Source: an uncultured delta proteobacterium (GTDB lineage Bacteria; Desulfobacterota; Binatia; UBA9968). From it: a stretch of 64,000 nt of DNA. A model generated the notes under the pieces. It did no database searches. It saw only the letters and a list, made by a program, of their open reading frames with translations, and was not told where the DNA came from. The stretch covers positions 224,001-288,000 of the forward strand of contig CAVYTU010000014.1 in NCBI GenBank assembly GCA_963771465.1, read 5' to 3'. This document shows, piece by piece, positions 1 through 8,625 of the stretch; the first letter of the stretch is position 1, and the number at the start of each line of letters is the position of its first letter. The position numbers and the translations under genes were made by a program.

Positions 1-468
1 GAGAGTTAAAGCGGTAAAAACCATGACCGGTCCTACCAAGACCACACTCAGATAAGCCGTAATCCTTTGGCCCCACGTGCGCGACCGCGGTAAGCGCCAG
101 ATCCGGTTAAGCGCGTCCTCGATCTTGGCCACCAGCGTGACCACGGTATAAAACAACATGGCCATGCCCGCTGCACCCAAGATGCCGACGCGGAGATTGT
201 CAACAAAGCCCATGATCTTGATGGTCACCGCTGATGCTTCTGCACCAAGCGGTTGCAGCAGCTGCGCGAGAAAGGGCTCCAGACCATTCTGCACTCCGAA
301 GGACTTTAGCACCGAGAACATCACGGCAAGGAAGGGAACTAACGATAGCAACGTGGAGTAGGTCAAACTCATTGCCTGGAGACTGAGCACATCGTCGCGG
401 TATCTCGAGTTGACGATGACAGTCGCCCGGTAAAGCGACCCTTGAACCTTGGCGAGAATCGCACTCAT
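1..468 (-). CDS. YihY/virulence factor BrkB family membrane protein (3' end outside window)
   Basis: Manual translation from ATG 468: ...LSLQAMSLTYSTLLSLVPFLAVMFSVLKSFG...IEDALNRIW...RTWGQRITAY, typical YihY motifs; absent from ORF track because it has no stop in the window. Confidence 0.8.
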   Translation of the reverse strand, partial: MSAILAKVQGSLYRATVIVNSRYRDDVLSLQAMSLTYSTLLSLVPFLAVMFSVLKSFGVQNGLEPFLAQLLQPLGAEASAVTIKIMGFVDNLRVGILGAAGMAMLFYTVVTLVAKIEDALNRIWRLPRSRTWGQRITAYLSVVLVGPVMVFTALTL

Positions 469-598
469 AAGTCAACCTCGCTTCCAGCTGCTAGTTTAGT
501 TCTTTATATGACGAACTCTAGTGGGAGGGACCAAATGAATTTGGGCGAAATTTTGCACTGAGTGCACGAAAGCCCAAATCGGCCTGCTCTCGGTCGTC

Positions 599-1314
599 CT
601 ACTTGGCGTCGTGGAAAATAATTCCCAGTGTGTAGCGCTCGCCCGAGTGAACGGTGCTGACACCGTGACGAAGGTTGGCTCGGTAGTAGCCGCGCGCGCC
701 GCGCACGGGTCGATGATGAACTGCAAAGATGACCGCATCGCCCTGCTCTGGCGTGAGCACTTCAACGCGAGATTGCCGGCGTGGCTGTTGCTCGGCGAGG
801 ACGAATTCGCCGCCATCAAAATCCTTGGCGTGCTGACTCAAGAAACAGGTGACTTGAAACGGAAACACGATTCGCCGTATAAATCCTGATGCAGGCAGTT
901 AAAATCACCGGCGCCATATTTGAGCAGCAAGGGCGTTGCGCGCTTTTGGCCGGCGCGATGACATCGCTCAAGGAAGTCCGTAAGCTTTTCGGGAAAGCGG
1001 GGCGTTTTACCGCCTAGCCGTTCGCTCCATTGATTGGCAAGCGGCGCCAGCTGCGGATAGATCGAGGCTCTCAGCTGTTGCACGATCTCGGGCAACGGAT
1101 GAGTGAAATACTTATACTCGCCACGACCGAACGAATAGCGCGCCATCTCGATGCGCGAGCGGAAGCGATGATCCTCGGCGTAATAGCCGGCTATCTCATT
1201 GCAGACATTCTTCGTGAGCACGCCAGGGATCAAGACAAATCCGCGTTCGTCGAGCTGGGACCGCGAATGTTCCCAATCGATGTCGCGCTCACCGATTGTC
1301 GATGGAATTCTCAT
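599..1314 (-). CDS. 2OG-Fe(II) oxygenase (DUF2086/prolyl-4-hydroxylase-like), one frameshift near 860
   Basis: ORFs 838-1314 (GRGEYKYF, TPLLLKY, NCLHQDLYGE) and 599-868 (FPFQV, GGEFVLAEQ, RHGVSTVHSGERYTLGIIFHDA) are two halves of one protein. Confidence 0.8.
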
Positions 1315-1326
1315 CGAAAGTTTCTC

Positions 1327-1827
1327 TCAGCTATTCATCGGCAGGGTGGCACGGGTTTCGAGAGCCAGCAGCGCGGCTTTCGTCGCGATCCCGCCGGCGA
1401 AGCCGGTAAGCGATCCGTCCGCGCCGACGACCCGATGACATGGCACGATGATGGACAAAGGATTCTTGCCGTTGGCCGCGCCAACGGCGCGAGCAGCCTT
1501 GGATGAGCCAAGCGCTTTTGCCAGCTCGAGATAGCTCCTGGTTTGACCGAACGGTATCTCTCTCAAGGCCTGCCAGACTTTCTTCTGAAACTCGCTACCG
1601 TCGGGCTGAAGCGGAAGATCGAACTCGGTTCTTGCGCCGGAGAAATATTCCGTAAGTTGGCGCTCGGTCTCCAGCAAAATTGGCTGCTGAGGATACAACC
1701 TCGCAGTATCAAGCTTTACTCGGTTCGGCGGCTCGCGTTCCCAGAGCACCGCGACCAAAGCGTCGGCGTTTGCGACCAGTTTAAGCTTGCCGACGGGGGA
1801 TTCGATCTCTTTGTAAAATAGCGTCAT
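1327..1827 (-). CDS. ogt: Methylated-DNA--protein-cysteine methyltransferase
   Basis: FQKKVWQAL, ARAVGAANGKNP, active-site PCHRV. Confidence 0.92.
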   Translation of the reverse strand: MTLFYKEIESPVGKLKLVANADALVAVLWEREPPNRVKLDTARLYPQQPILLETERQLTEYFSGARTEFDLPLQPDGSEFQKKVWQALREIPFGQTRSYLELAKALGSSKAARAVGAANGKNPLSIIVPCHRVVGADGSLTGFAGGIATKAALLALETRATLPMNS

Positions 1828-2755
1828 CGTTATTTTCCTTTTTGCGTTTGGACAGACTTTGAGTGAATTCCTTCCACAGGTAAGTCGCCGCGTAGGATCG
1901 CCAAGGCTTGATCAGTTCCAGATCCAAATCAGGATGAAGCAATAGAGCGCGCTTAAGAATCAAATCCGTCTTGGGAAACGCATCCGTGTCACCGATGGCT
2001 CGAAGGCTGATATACTCGGCCGACCAGGGGCCGAGACCTTTTGTTTCGAGCAGCGCCTTGCGAAACGCTGCGCGATCTTGACCTTCGAAAAGAGAGATAG
2101 CGCCGCTCAGCACGCGCCGGCTGAAGTCGCGTATCGCCTCCCGGCGCGCGATCGTGGTTCTAACCGCGCTCAGATCGGCCTGCGCCAAAACCTCGGCTTC
2201 GGGAAACAGCCGCGTGTTTTCTCCCGACGATGGATGCGCGATTTCCAATCCATAGTTGTGCACGAGTTGGCCGACAAGATTGGCCCTTTGCTGGGCTGAA
2301 ACCAATTGCCCGAGGATCGAACAGATTGCCGTTTCGAACGGATCCCATCCCCGCGCCAGTCGTAAACCGGGATAGCGGTGGCAAAGAGATGCGAGCAGAG
2401 GAATTCGCCTAAAGCTTTTCTCAACCAACATGGGATCACAGTCCAAATCGAACATTTTTCTTATTCGCCTCAATACCTCTAATCTTATCTCGGCGACGTC
2501 AGGTGCGATCCGAACTTTGAGCTGCGGCACGCCGACCATGGTTTCTATTCGAACAATTCCCGTTTTGCCGTCGATGTGAAACACGCGCTCGAATGAATTT
2601 GTTGTGACCCGTTCCAGCCCGGGAATCGGATGGGTCTGGTAAAATCCAATGATCGTCGGCCAGTCGTAAGGTGATTTGAACGGCAGAGTGATCTCGATGC
2701 CACCCGAGTCACCTGTCTTGGAACGCTTCACTCTTCCTGCGCGTTGCAGTCTCAA
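1781..2755 (-). CDS. alkA: DNA-3-methyladenine glycosylase II (AlkA N-terminal + HhH-GPD), no Ada/AraC domain
   Basis: LPFKSPYDW, DPFETAICSILGQLVS, KGLGPWSAEYI, DAFPKTD, PWRSYA; start uncertain. Confidence 0.88.
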   Translation of the reverse strand: MRLQRAGRVKRSKTGDSGGIEITLPFKSPYDWPTIIGFYQTHPIPGLERVTTNSFERVFHIDGKTGIVRIETMVGVPQLKVRIAPDVAEIRLEVLRRIRKMFDLDCDPMLVEKSFRRIPLLASLCHRYPGLRLARGWDPFETAICSILGQLVSAQQRANLVGQLVHNYGLEIAHPSSGENTRLFPEAEVLAQADLSAVRTTIARREAIRDFSRRVLSGAISLFEGQDRAAFRKALLETKGLGPWSAEYISLRAIGDTDAFPKTDLILKRALLLHPDLDLELIKPWRSYAATYLWKEFTQSLSKRKKENNDDAILQRDRIPRRQA

Positions 2756-2764
2756 AGGTAATCT

Positions 2765-3580
2765 CTAATCCGGCAGACAAATTTTGCACGGGCGCATGCC
2801 TGCTTGCCTCGCCTCTCTAGCATCGGCGAAAAACAAGATGCGCGCCCCGTCCACGCGGGCGGCGGTCCGGCAAGTGCCTCGACAATAAATTTTGGTGCCC
2901 TTGTGCCCCCAAATGACGTTGTCGGGAAGGCGCACGGCCGCATCCGCCAGGGCAAATCCTTCACTCCGCAGCAGTTGCAACTTACGCGGGATGCCGCCGC
3001 CATAACCACCGATCCTGCCGCCCGAGGCGATCACCCGGTGACAGGGAACATAGATTGGCACCGGATTGTTGTGCATGGCATTGCCGACGGCCCGCGCTCC
3101 TTTGGGCGCTCCGGCTGCGACGCCCAAAGCTTGGTAGCTGACCACAGCGCCGCGCGGGACTTCCTGGAGCTTATGCAAAACTCTCTTTTGGAACTCAGTG
3201 GACACCAGGGTGAAATCGACTTTCTGACGCAGCGCTTTTGCCTCTCCGGCCAGATAACGGCGGATCTCCTCGCTGACTTCGTTGATCGTCCGCCGATCGT
3301 CGACGAGATCCAGTTCCAATCGAAGTTTTGCAATGGTAACCGCGAGGTCGTCACCGTCAAGCAAGTAATGATTGAGCACGATGCCACGGCCGGTCATGGC
3401 CACGAGCAAGTCACCCAACGGTGATTTTAAAACGCCCACCGCCGCGTCCGGGCGCCGAACGTGTTTTAGCGCATGATCGACCCGACTGCGGGAACGACGC
3501 AACAAGGCGTCGATGCCATGTTCTTCGAATTCGCTGCCAATTGACCCGATAAGTTTTTCGATTTTCATAAACATCACCAC
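2765..3580 (-). CDS. O6-alkylguanine methyltransferase fused to C-terminal Ada-type Zn-binding domain, with N-terminal extension
   Basis: PCHRVI active site; C-terminal IYCRGTC...AGMRPCKIC matches the four-Cys Ada metal-binding pattern. Confidence 0.85.
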   Translation of the reverse strand: MVMFMKIEKLIGSIGSEFEEHGIDALLRRSRSRVDHALKHVRRPDAAVGVLKSPLGDLLVAMTGRGIVLNHYLLDGDDLAVTIAKLRLELDLVDDRRTINEVSEEIRRYLAGEAKALRQKVDFTLVSTEFQKRVLHKLQEVPRGAVVSYQALGVAAGAPKGARAVGNAMHNNPVPIYVPCHRVIASGGRIGGYGGGIPRKLQLLRSEGFALADAAVRLPDNVIWGHKGTKIYCRGTCRTAARVDGARILFFADAREARQAGMRPCKICLPD

Positions 3581-4092
3581 ATTGATTTAATTTTTCTTAT
3601 CGCCTGGGAAACATTAGCCCGCGCGCCTTGTTCCGAGCAGTCCATCGCGGCCGCTATTCCCGCGTAGTCCAGACCGGCGAAGCAGCGCAGATACAGCGCT
3701 TCGCGTTGTTTCGGCGGGAGCGCAGCGATCAGCTCGCGAATGCGCACAGCCGCGTAACCATCATTTTCACTAAATCCACGATGAGCTTTGCCGATCCTAT
3801 CCGGTTCCGAATTTTTCTTCTCAACGGCGACGATCACGCGCCCTCGGCGCGCGCCGTCACGCGCCCGATTACGACATAGGTTGACGGCGATCGTGTACAA
3901 CCAAGGCCTGATTTGGCTTTCCGGCTCAAGGCGCGGATAGGCGCGATACGCGCGCAGCCAGGTTTCCTGAAACAAGTCCGCGGCGTCGGCGCCATTGCCC
4001 GACACACGCAGCAGGTAGCGCAGAATCTCCCGTTCGTGGCGTTGCATGATCTGCTCGAAGGGAAGCGGTATTGGTAACTTCTTGGACGCCAT
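3574..4092 (-). CDS. ECF RNA polymerase sigma factor
   Basis: AADLFQETWLRAY, WLYTIAVNLCRN, LPPKQREALYL...IAAAM sigma regions 2 and 4. Confidence 0.9.
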   Translation of the reverse strand: MASKKLPIPLPFEQIMQRHEREILRYLLRVSGNGADAADLFQETWLRAYRAYPRLEPESQIRPWLYTIAVNLCRNRARDGARRGRVIVAVEKKNSEPDRIGKAHRGFSENDGYAAVRIRELIAALPPKQREALYLRCFAGLDYAGIAAAMDCSEQGARANVSQAIRKIKSMW

Positions 4093-4099
4093 ATGTCTG

Positions 4100-4127
4100 T
4101 TAAAACCCCGCCGGCGGGCGATTGTGA
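4100..4127 (-). promoter_or_regulatory. Candidate autoregulatory ECF promoter TCACA-N16-GTTTTA, possibly leaderless
   Basis: Motif ends 8 nt before the sigma ATG; no RBS; mirror copy on + strand at 4172-4197. Confidence 0.45.
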
Positions 4128-4268
4128 AAAATCGGCGTTTAAATATTAAACATTAGCGCGCCGGTGCGATTTCACAAACCACGGCCGTTTGGTTTTAGCA
4201 AAAGATCGATTCAAACTGATGCTACAACCGGGCAGAAGAAGAAAGAACCGTGGTGCAGCAATTGAACT

Positions 4269-4544
4269 TTAACTGAGCATCCCCTGCATCTCGTGGACAT
4301 AGCACCAGATCCAAGCCGCGGGTGGGACAGCGCGCATGACGGGATGGTGCGTCTCATGGAAATGTTTGGTCGCGTGCTTGCCCGTCGAGGAATCGCAGCA
4401 ACCAACGTGACCACAGGATTGGCACTCGCGAAGCGCGACCCAAAAAGTCCCCTCCGTCAGGCACTCGGCACATGCGCCGGGAGTCTTCGGTGAGGGAAAG
4501 TCGGCTGCGCTCAAGCCCGTCAAATGTTCACAAGACCCGGCCAT
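4269..4544 (-). CDS. UBP-type zinc finger protein
   Basis: CEH...CAEC...LRECQSCGHVGCCDSS..KHATKHF..THHPVM..W.WCY. Confidence 0.9.
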   Translation of the reverse strand: MAGSCEHLTGLSAADFPSPKTPGACAECLTEGTFWVALRECQSCGHVGCCDSSTGKHATKHFHETHHPVMRAVPPAAWIWCYVHEMQGMLS

Positions 4545-4671
4545 ATCATCCCCTTATCGCAAACTCACAAGTGAAAGAGTTTTCGTCTACCGAAGAGTCC
4601 TGCATTTTCGGCCCTCGATCGATTGATGGGTCAATGGGTTGTTAGAAGATGCCATGCTTTTCCAACTTGGT

Positions 4672-6051
4672 TCATTCCAACGGTTTCAACTCGCCGAGCA
4701 TGGTCGGTATCAACTCTGTGACGGTGGGATGAATATGCATGGCGCGCTGGATCACCGTATAGGGCGCTTTGGCGTACATCACATCCAGGATCGAATGGAT
4801 CGCCTCATCGCACTCGATACCCAAGAGCGATGCTCCCAAGATCTCTTTGGTTTCGGCATCCACCAGGACTTTCATGAATCCTTGTGTCTCGCCCTTCTCC
4901 ACTGCGCGGCCAACCCGCGCCATGGGGCGTTTGCCAAGCAATGCTTTGCGCCCGGATTTTCGCACTTCCGCCTCGGTCATGCCGGCTCGCCCCAAAGGCG
5001 GATCGATGTAAAGCGCGTAGGCCGTGATGCGGTCGCTCACCCGGCGCGGGTCGCCATCCAGGAGATTGGCAGCGACGATCTCGTAGTCGTTGTAGGCCGT
5101 GTGAGTGAAAGCGCCTCGCCCATTGCAATCGCCCAGAGCGTAGATGCCGGCCACATCGGTGCTCAGTTGATCATCCACCTGGATGTAGCCACGCTGATCG
5201 ACGGTGACGCCGGCGTTTTTCAGGCCGAGGTCATCGGTGTTCGGCATGCGGCCCATGGCGAGAAGTAAATGCGAGCCAACCACAGTCTTGTCGCCGCCGC
5301 TGCAATCAACATTGACGGCCACCTTCTCGCCGCGTTTTTCCAAAGCGATGCATTGGGCGCTCAGGCGGATGTTGATGCCTTCGGCTTCGAGGATTGTGCC
5401 GATCGCTTGGGAAACATCCTCGTCTTCGCGCTGAATCAGGCGCGGCGCCATTTCGACGATGGTCACCGCGCTGCCAAAGCGGCGATACATCTGCGCAAAC
5501 TCCAAACCAATATAGCTGCCGCCGATGACGATCAGATGCTCGGGCACAAAGTCCACTTCCATCATGGTCGAGTTGTTGAAATAGCTCACCTGATCGTGGC
5601 CGGGCAGCGCCGGAGTGGCGGCGCGCCCGCCGACGTTGATAAAGATCTTCTCGGCTTCGAGGATGTCAGCTCCGACACGTACCTGATGCGCCGCTTCAAA
5701 GCGCGCGTGGCCTTGATAGATCGTCAGATTCTCCGTCCCCTTCAACCACTGCTCGACGCCTTCGTTGGAGCGGCGTACCACAGCGTCTTTGCGCGCTTTA
5801 ACTTGTTTCATGTCGACGGTGATCGAACCCCCGATCGTCACGCCATATTCGCCGGCGTGGCGCGCGACATGCGCCGCCCGCGCGCTGGCGATCAGCGTCT
5901 TGGTCGGGATGCAGCCGTTGTTGACGCAGGTGCCGCCGAAGCGCTTGCGCTCGATGATCGCCACTTTCATTTTTGCGCTGGCTAACCGGACCGCCAGCGC
6001 CGGCCCAGCCTGGCCGGTACCGATGATGATCGCGTCATAGTGAGTTGCCAT
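4672..6051 (-). CDS. FAD-dependent pyridine nucleotide-disulfide oxidoreductase (MerA/RclA/Lpd-like)
   Basis: GTGQAG, GGTCVNNGCIPTK, GGSYIGLE, HIHPTVTE; lacks the C-terminal CC pair of MerA. Confidence 0.9.
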   Translation of the reverse strand: MATHYDAIIIGTGQAGPALAVRLASAKMKVAIIERKRFGGTCVNNGCIPTKTLIASARAAHVARHAGEYGVTIGGSITVDMKQVKARKDAVVRRSNEGVEQWLKGTENLTIYQGHARFEAAHQVRVGADILEAEKIFINVGGRAATPALPGHDQVSYFNNSTMMEVDFVPEHLIVIGGSYIGLEFAQMYRRFGSAVTIVEMAPRLIQREDEDVSQAIGTILEAEGINIRLSAQCIALEKRGEKVAVNVDCSGGDKTVVGSHLLLAMGRMPNTDDLGLKNAGVTVDQRGYIQVDDQLSTDVAGIYALGDCNGRGAFTHTAYNDYEIVAANLLDGDPRRVSDRITAYALYIDPPLGRAGMTEAEVRKSGRKALLGKRPMARVGRAVEKGETQGFMKVLVDAETKEILGASLLGIECDEAIHSILDVMYAKAPYTVIQRAMHIHPTVTELIPTMLGELKPLE

Positions 6052-6091
6052 AAGATTTTCTCCCTATTCCTCGATACGGAATCAATTATCT

Positions 6092-7066
6092 TTACGAAAC
6101 ACCAGCGAAGCTAATCGCCGCTTCATTGACCGGATCTGTGCTCACCACGGGGAATTTGTGCGCCAGCCAGCCATCGATTCCGCCGGCAAGCGGCCGCACT
6201 CGGGTAATACCCTTTTTCTGCAACAACAGCGCCACCCGGGCGCTGCTCGCTTCATTGGGTCACGAACAGTAAAGTACGACGTCGCGGTCGCGGGGAATTT
6301 CCTGGTGACGCATTTCAAGCTCTTCGATCGCCATGCGAACGGCTCCCGGTATCGTCTGTGGCAACGCCGCGACGTCGAGCGGCTGGCGCAGGTCGACGAT
6401 CAACACCTCGGTTCCGGCATTGAGCGTTTCCATCAGTTCTTGTGGCGTGATTCGAGCTGTGCGCAGTCGATGGAGGAAACGGCGGCGTTGGATGTATTTC
6501 CAGGAAATGTAGGCCGCCAGACTCGCAGCAAGGACGACGCCCAACCAGCCGCCCCAGCGCAGCAAATAAGTCGCGATCCGCTCGAGTTGATCGCTGAAAG
6601 TGAACCCCAGGCCGATGAAGGTCGCGGCCCACAACAATGCGCCCAAACCATCGAACACGATAAACCGCGGCACGGACATGCGGAAGATTCCGGCAAGCGC
6701 CGGCGCCGCCGTGTTCAGACCAGGGACAAACTTCGCGATGAGCAACGCTTGAGCCCCGTGTCGCACGAAGACGCTTTCCGTGCGCCGAACACAGGAGTCG
6801 GGTTCGAGAGAAATCCGGCAGAGCAGTTTTAACACTCGGCTGCCGCGTTGGCGGCCGAGGTAATACCAAACCAGATCACCCGCGAGGGCGGCGATGATCG
6901 CTAAACCCAGAGCGAGGGTCAAATCCATCCTACCCGTGCCCGCCAGCGCGCCGGCTGCGAGCAGCAACGGGAGAGCCGGTAGCGGCAAGCCGATTTGCTC
7001 AGCCAAAACCCAGACGAAGAGCAGAACATACCCATGCTGAATCAAGAAGTGAATCGTGTCGTTCAA
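6092..7066 (-). CDS. DedA/VTT-rhodanese fusion, predicted selenoprotein (Sec at TGA 6260-6262), 324 aa
   Basis: DedA motifs (AEQIGLPLP, AKFVPG); reading through TGA gives VVLYCS-U-PNEASSARVALLLQKKGITRVRPLAGGIDGW, completing the rhodanese domain to TAA 6092. Confidence 0.85.
6220..6250 (-). promoter_or_regulatory. Candidate bacterial SECIS element
   Basis: mRNA GCGAGCAGCGCC-CGGGU-GGCGCUGUUGUUGC hairpin; apical loop 21 nt after UGA, G at loop position 2. Confidence 0.7.
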
Positions 7067-7429
7067 AATCGGCTCCTGGGATTTTTCTCCTCTAATCGGG
7101 CCAATTATTCAAGTCGGTAAGACAAAGACAAGCGTCGGTGATCATCGCATCCCGAGATGCTAGCGAATTTATCGCTGCCTGAACCGTATTAGCGAGCGCG
7201 CTTCGTCAGCTCACGGCTCGGATATGAGCGCGCACGACGGCGGAAAATAACAGAGGCAAGCGGCCTTCTCAGGAGCCGGCGTGCGGCGGCTAGTTTGATA
7301 TCGGCTGCAAACTGCGATGCTGACAGCATCACGGCGTCGTTAGGCGACGTGGGATATGACGCAAACGATTATGTGTCGTAGCATCAAGACGCTTTTCAAT
7401 GCCCAGTTGCCGGGGGAACGGCCCAAGAG

Positions 7430-8536
7430 TTGAAGCGGGAGCAGGCGTGGACTTTTCTTTCGTGTTGGAGTAATCCGGCTCTTATGGCGATGCGAAAACA
7501 GAGCACCAGATTAGGATTTCATTTTGAGCCGGCGCAATGGCGCGCCGCAAACGCTGGAATCCGCGTCATTGTTATCGCGCTGATTTTTCTCGCCTCCGCT
7601 GGGGCCGCACGTGGCGCCGACCAGGTGATGACGACCTATCAATCCGTAACGATCGGCAGCTCCACCCCGCTGTGGATCGCCAAGGACGCGGGGTTTTTTG
7701 AGCGCCAAGGACTCGACGTGAAGATCGTGTTTGTCGAGGGAAGCCCTCGCACCATGCAGACGCTCATCGCGGGAGAAGCGCAGATCGTCGAATCCACAGG
7801 TCCGGCAGTGCTCAACGCCCGCGCGGCCGGGTCCGCCGTGGTCATCGTCGCCGGTTATATCAATGTGATGCCGTACTATCTGATCGCCGATAACTCGATT
7901 AACTCTCCGGCGGATCTGAAAGGCAAAGTGGGCGCCAATCATATGCCCGGAACCGCGGCCGACACCGTGATTCGCATCGGCCTGAAAGCACTCGGGCTGG
8001 ATCCGGATCGCGACGTGTCGCTCCGCGCTATCGGCAACACACCCATGCGTTTGCAGGCGATGTCGGCGGGTGTCGCTCATTTTATGGTCGCGCAGGATCT
8101 CGAGCTTCAGCAGGCCAAGCGTCTCGGTTACAAGGTTCTCGTGGATTACGTCGCCACCAAAACCGCCTTTCCGATGGGCGGTGCCGTGACCACTGAGCGC
8201 TACGTGAAGGAGAAACGTGACACCGTGCTGCGCTACGTAAAAGCGATGGCTCAGGCCCTACACTATTTGAAAACCAACAGAGAAGGCTCACTGGCGATTA
8301 TCTCCCGCTACGCGCGTTTCCAGAATCGCGAGGTGATGGGAGCCGCTTTCGATGCCGCCCGGCGTCTGTACAGCGAGATCCCTATGCCGCCCACCGAAGG
8401 CTTCGATCTCGTTGCCAAGGAACTTGCCCAGCGCAATCCCAAGCTGCGCGATATCGATACGAGATCTGTGGTGGACTTGCAGTTTGTCAGAGAGCTCGAG
8501 CAAAGCGGCTTTCTGAAAAGCCTAAAGGGGAATTAA
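7430..8536 (+). CDS. ABC substrate-binding protein, NMT1/THI5/SsuA-like
   Basis: PLWIAKDAGFFERQGLDV, DLKGK.G, GLDPDRDV; true start probably further downstream. Confidence 0.85.
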   Translation: MKREQAWTFLSCWSNPALMAMRKQSTRLGFHFEPAQWRAANAGIRVIVIALIFLASAGAARGADQVMTTYQSVTIGSSTPLWIAKDAGFFERQGLDVKIVFVEGSPRTMQTLIAGEAQIVESTGPAVLNARAAGSAVVIVAGYINVMPYYLIADNSINSPADLKGKVGANHMPGTAADTVIRIGLKALGLDPDRDVSLRAIGNTPMRLQAMSAGVAHFMVAQDLELQQAKRLGYKVLVDYVATKTAFPMGGAVTTERYVKEKRDTVLRYVKAMAQALHYLKTNREGSLAIISRYARFQNREVMGAAFDAARRLYSEIPMPPTEGFDLVAKELAQRNPKLRDIDTRSVVDLQFVRELEQSGFLKSLKGN

Positions 8537-8625
8537 TCCGGCGACCAGAGGTGGCTTTCCTCTTCCTCTAAATTCCCAGCATCAGGCTCGAACTGGTGTC
8601 CCCCCGCTCTCGCCGCACGGCTCGA

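Noticed and set aside
4672-6051. Mercuric reductase merA
   Set aside because: No C-terminal Cys-Cys pair, no N-terminal metal-binding domain and no mer operon genes
7174-7345. attC-like site ending GTTAGGC at 7339-7345
   Set aside because: No convincing matching palindromic arm or cassette-like gene arrangement
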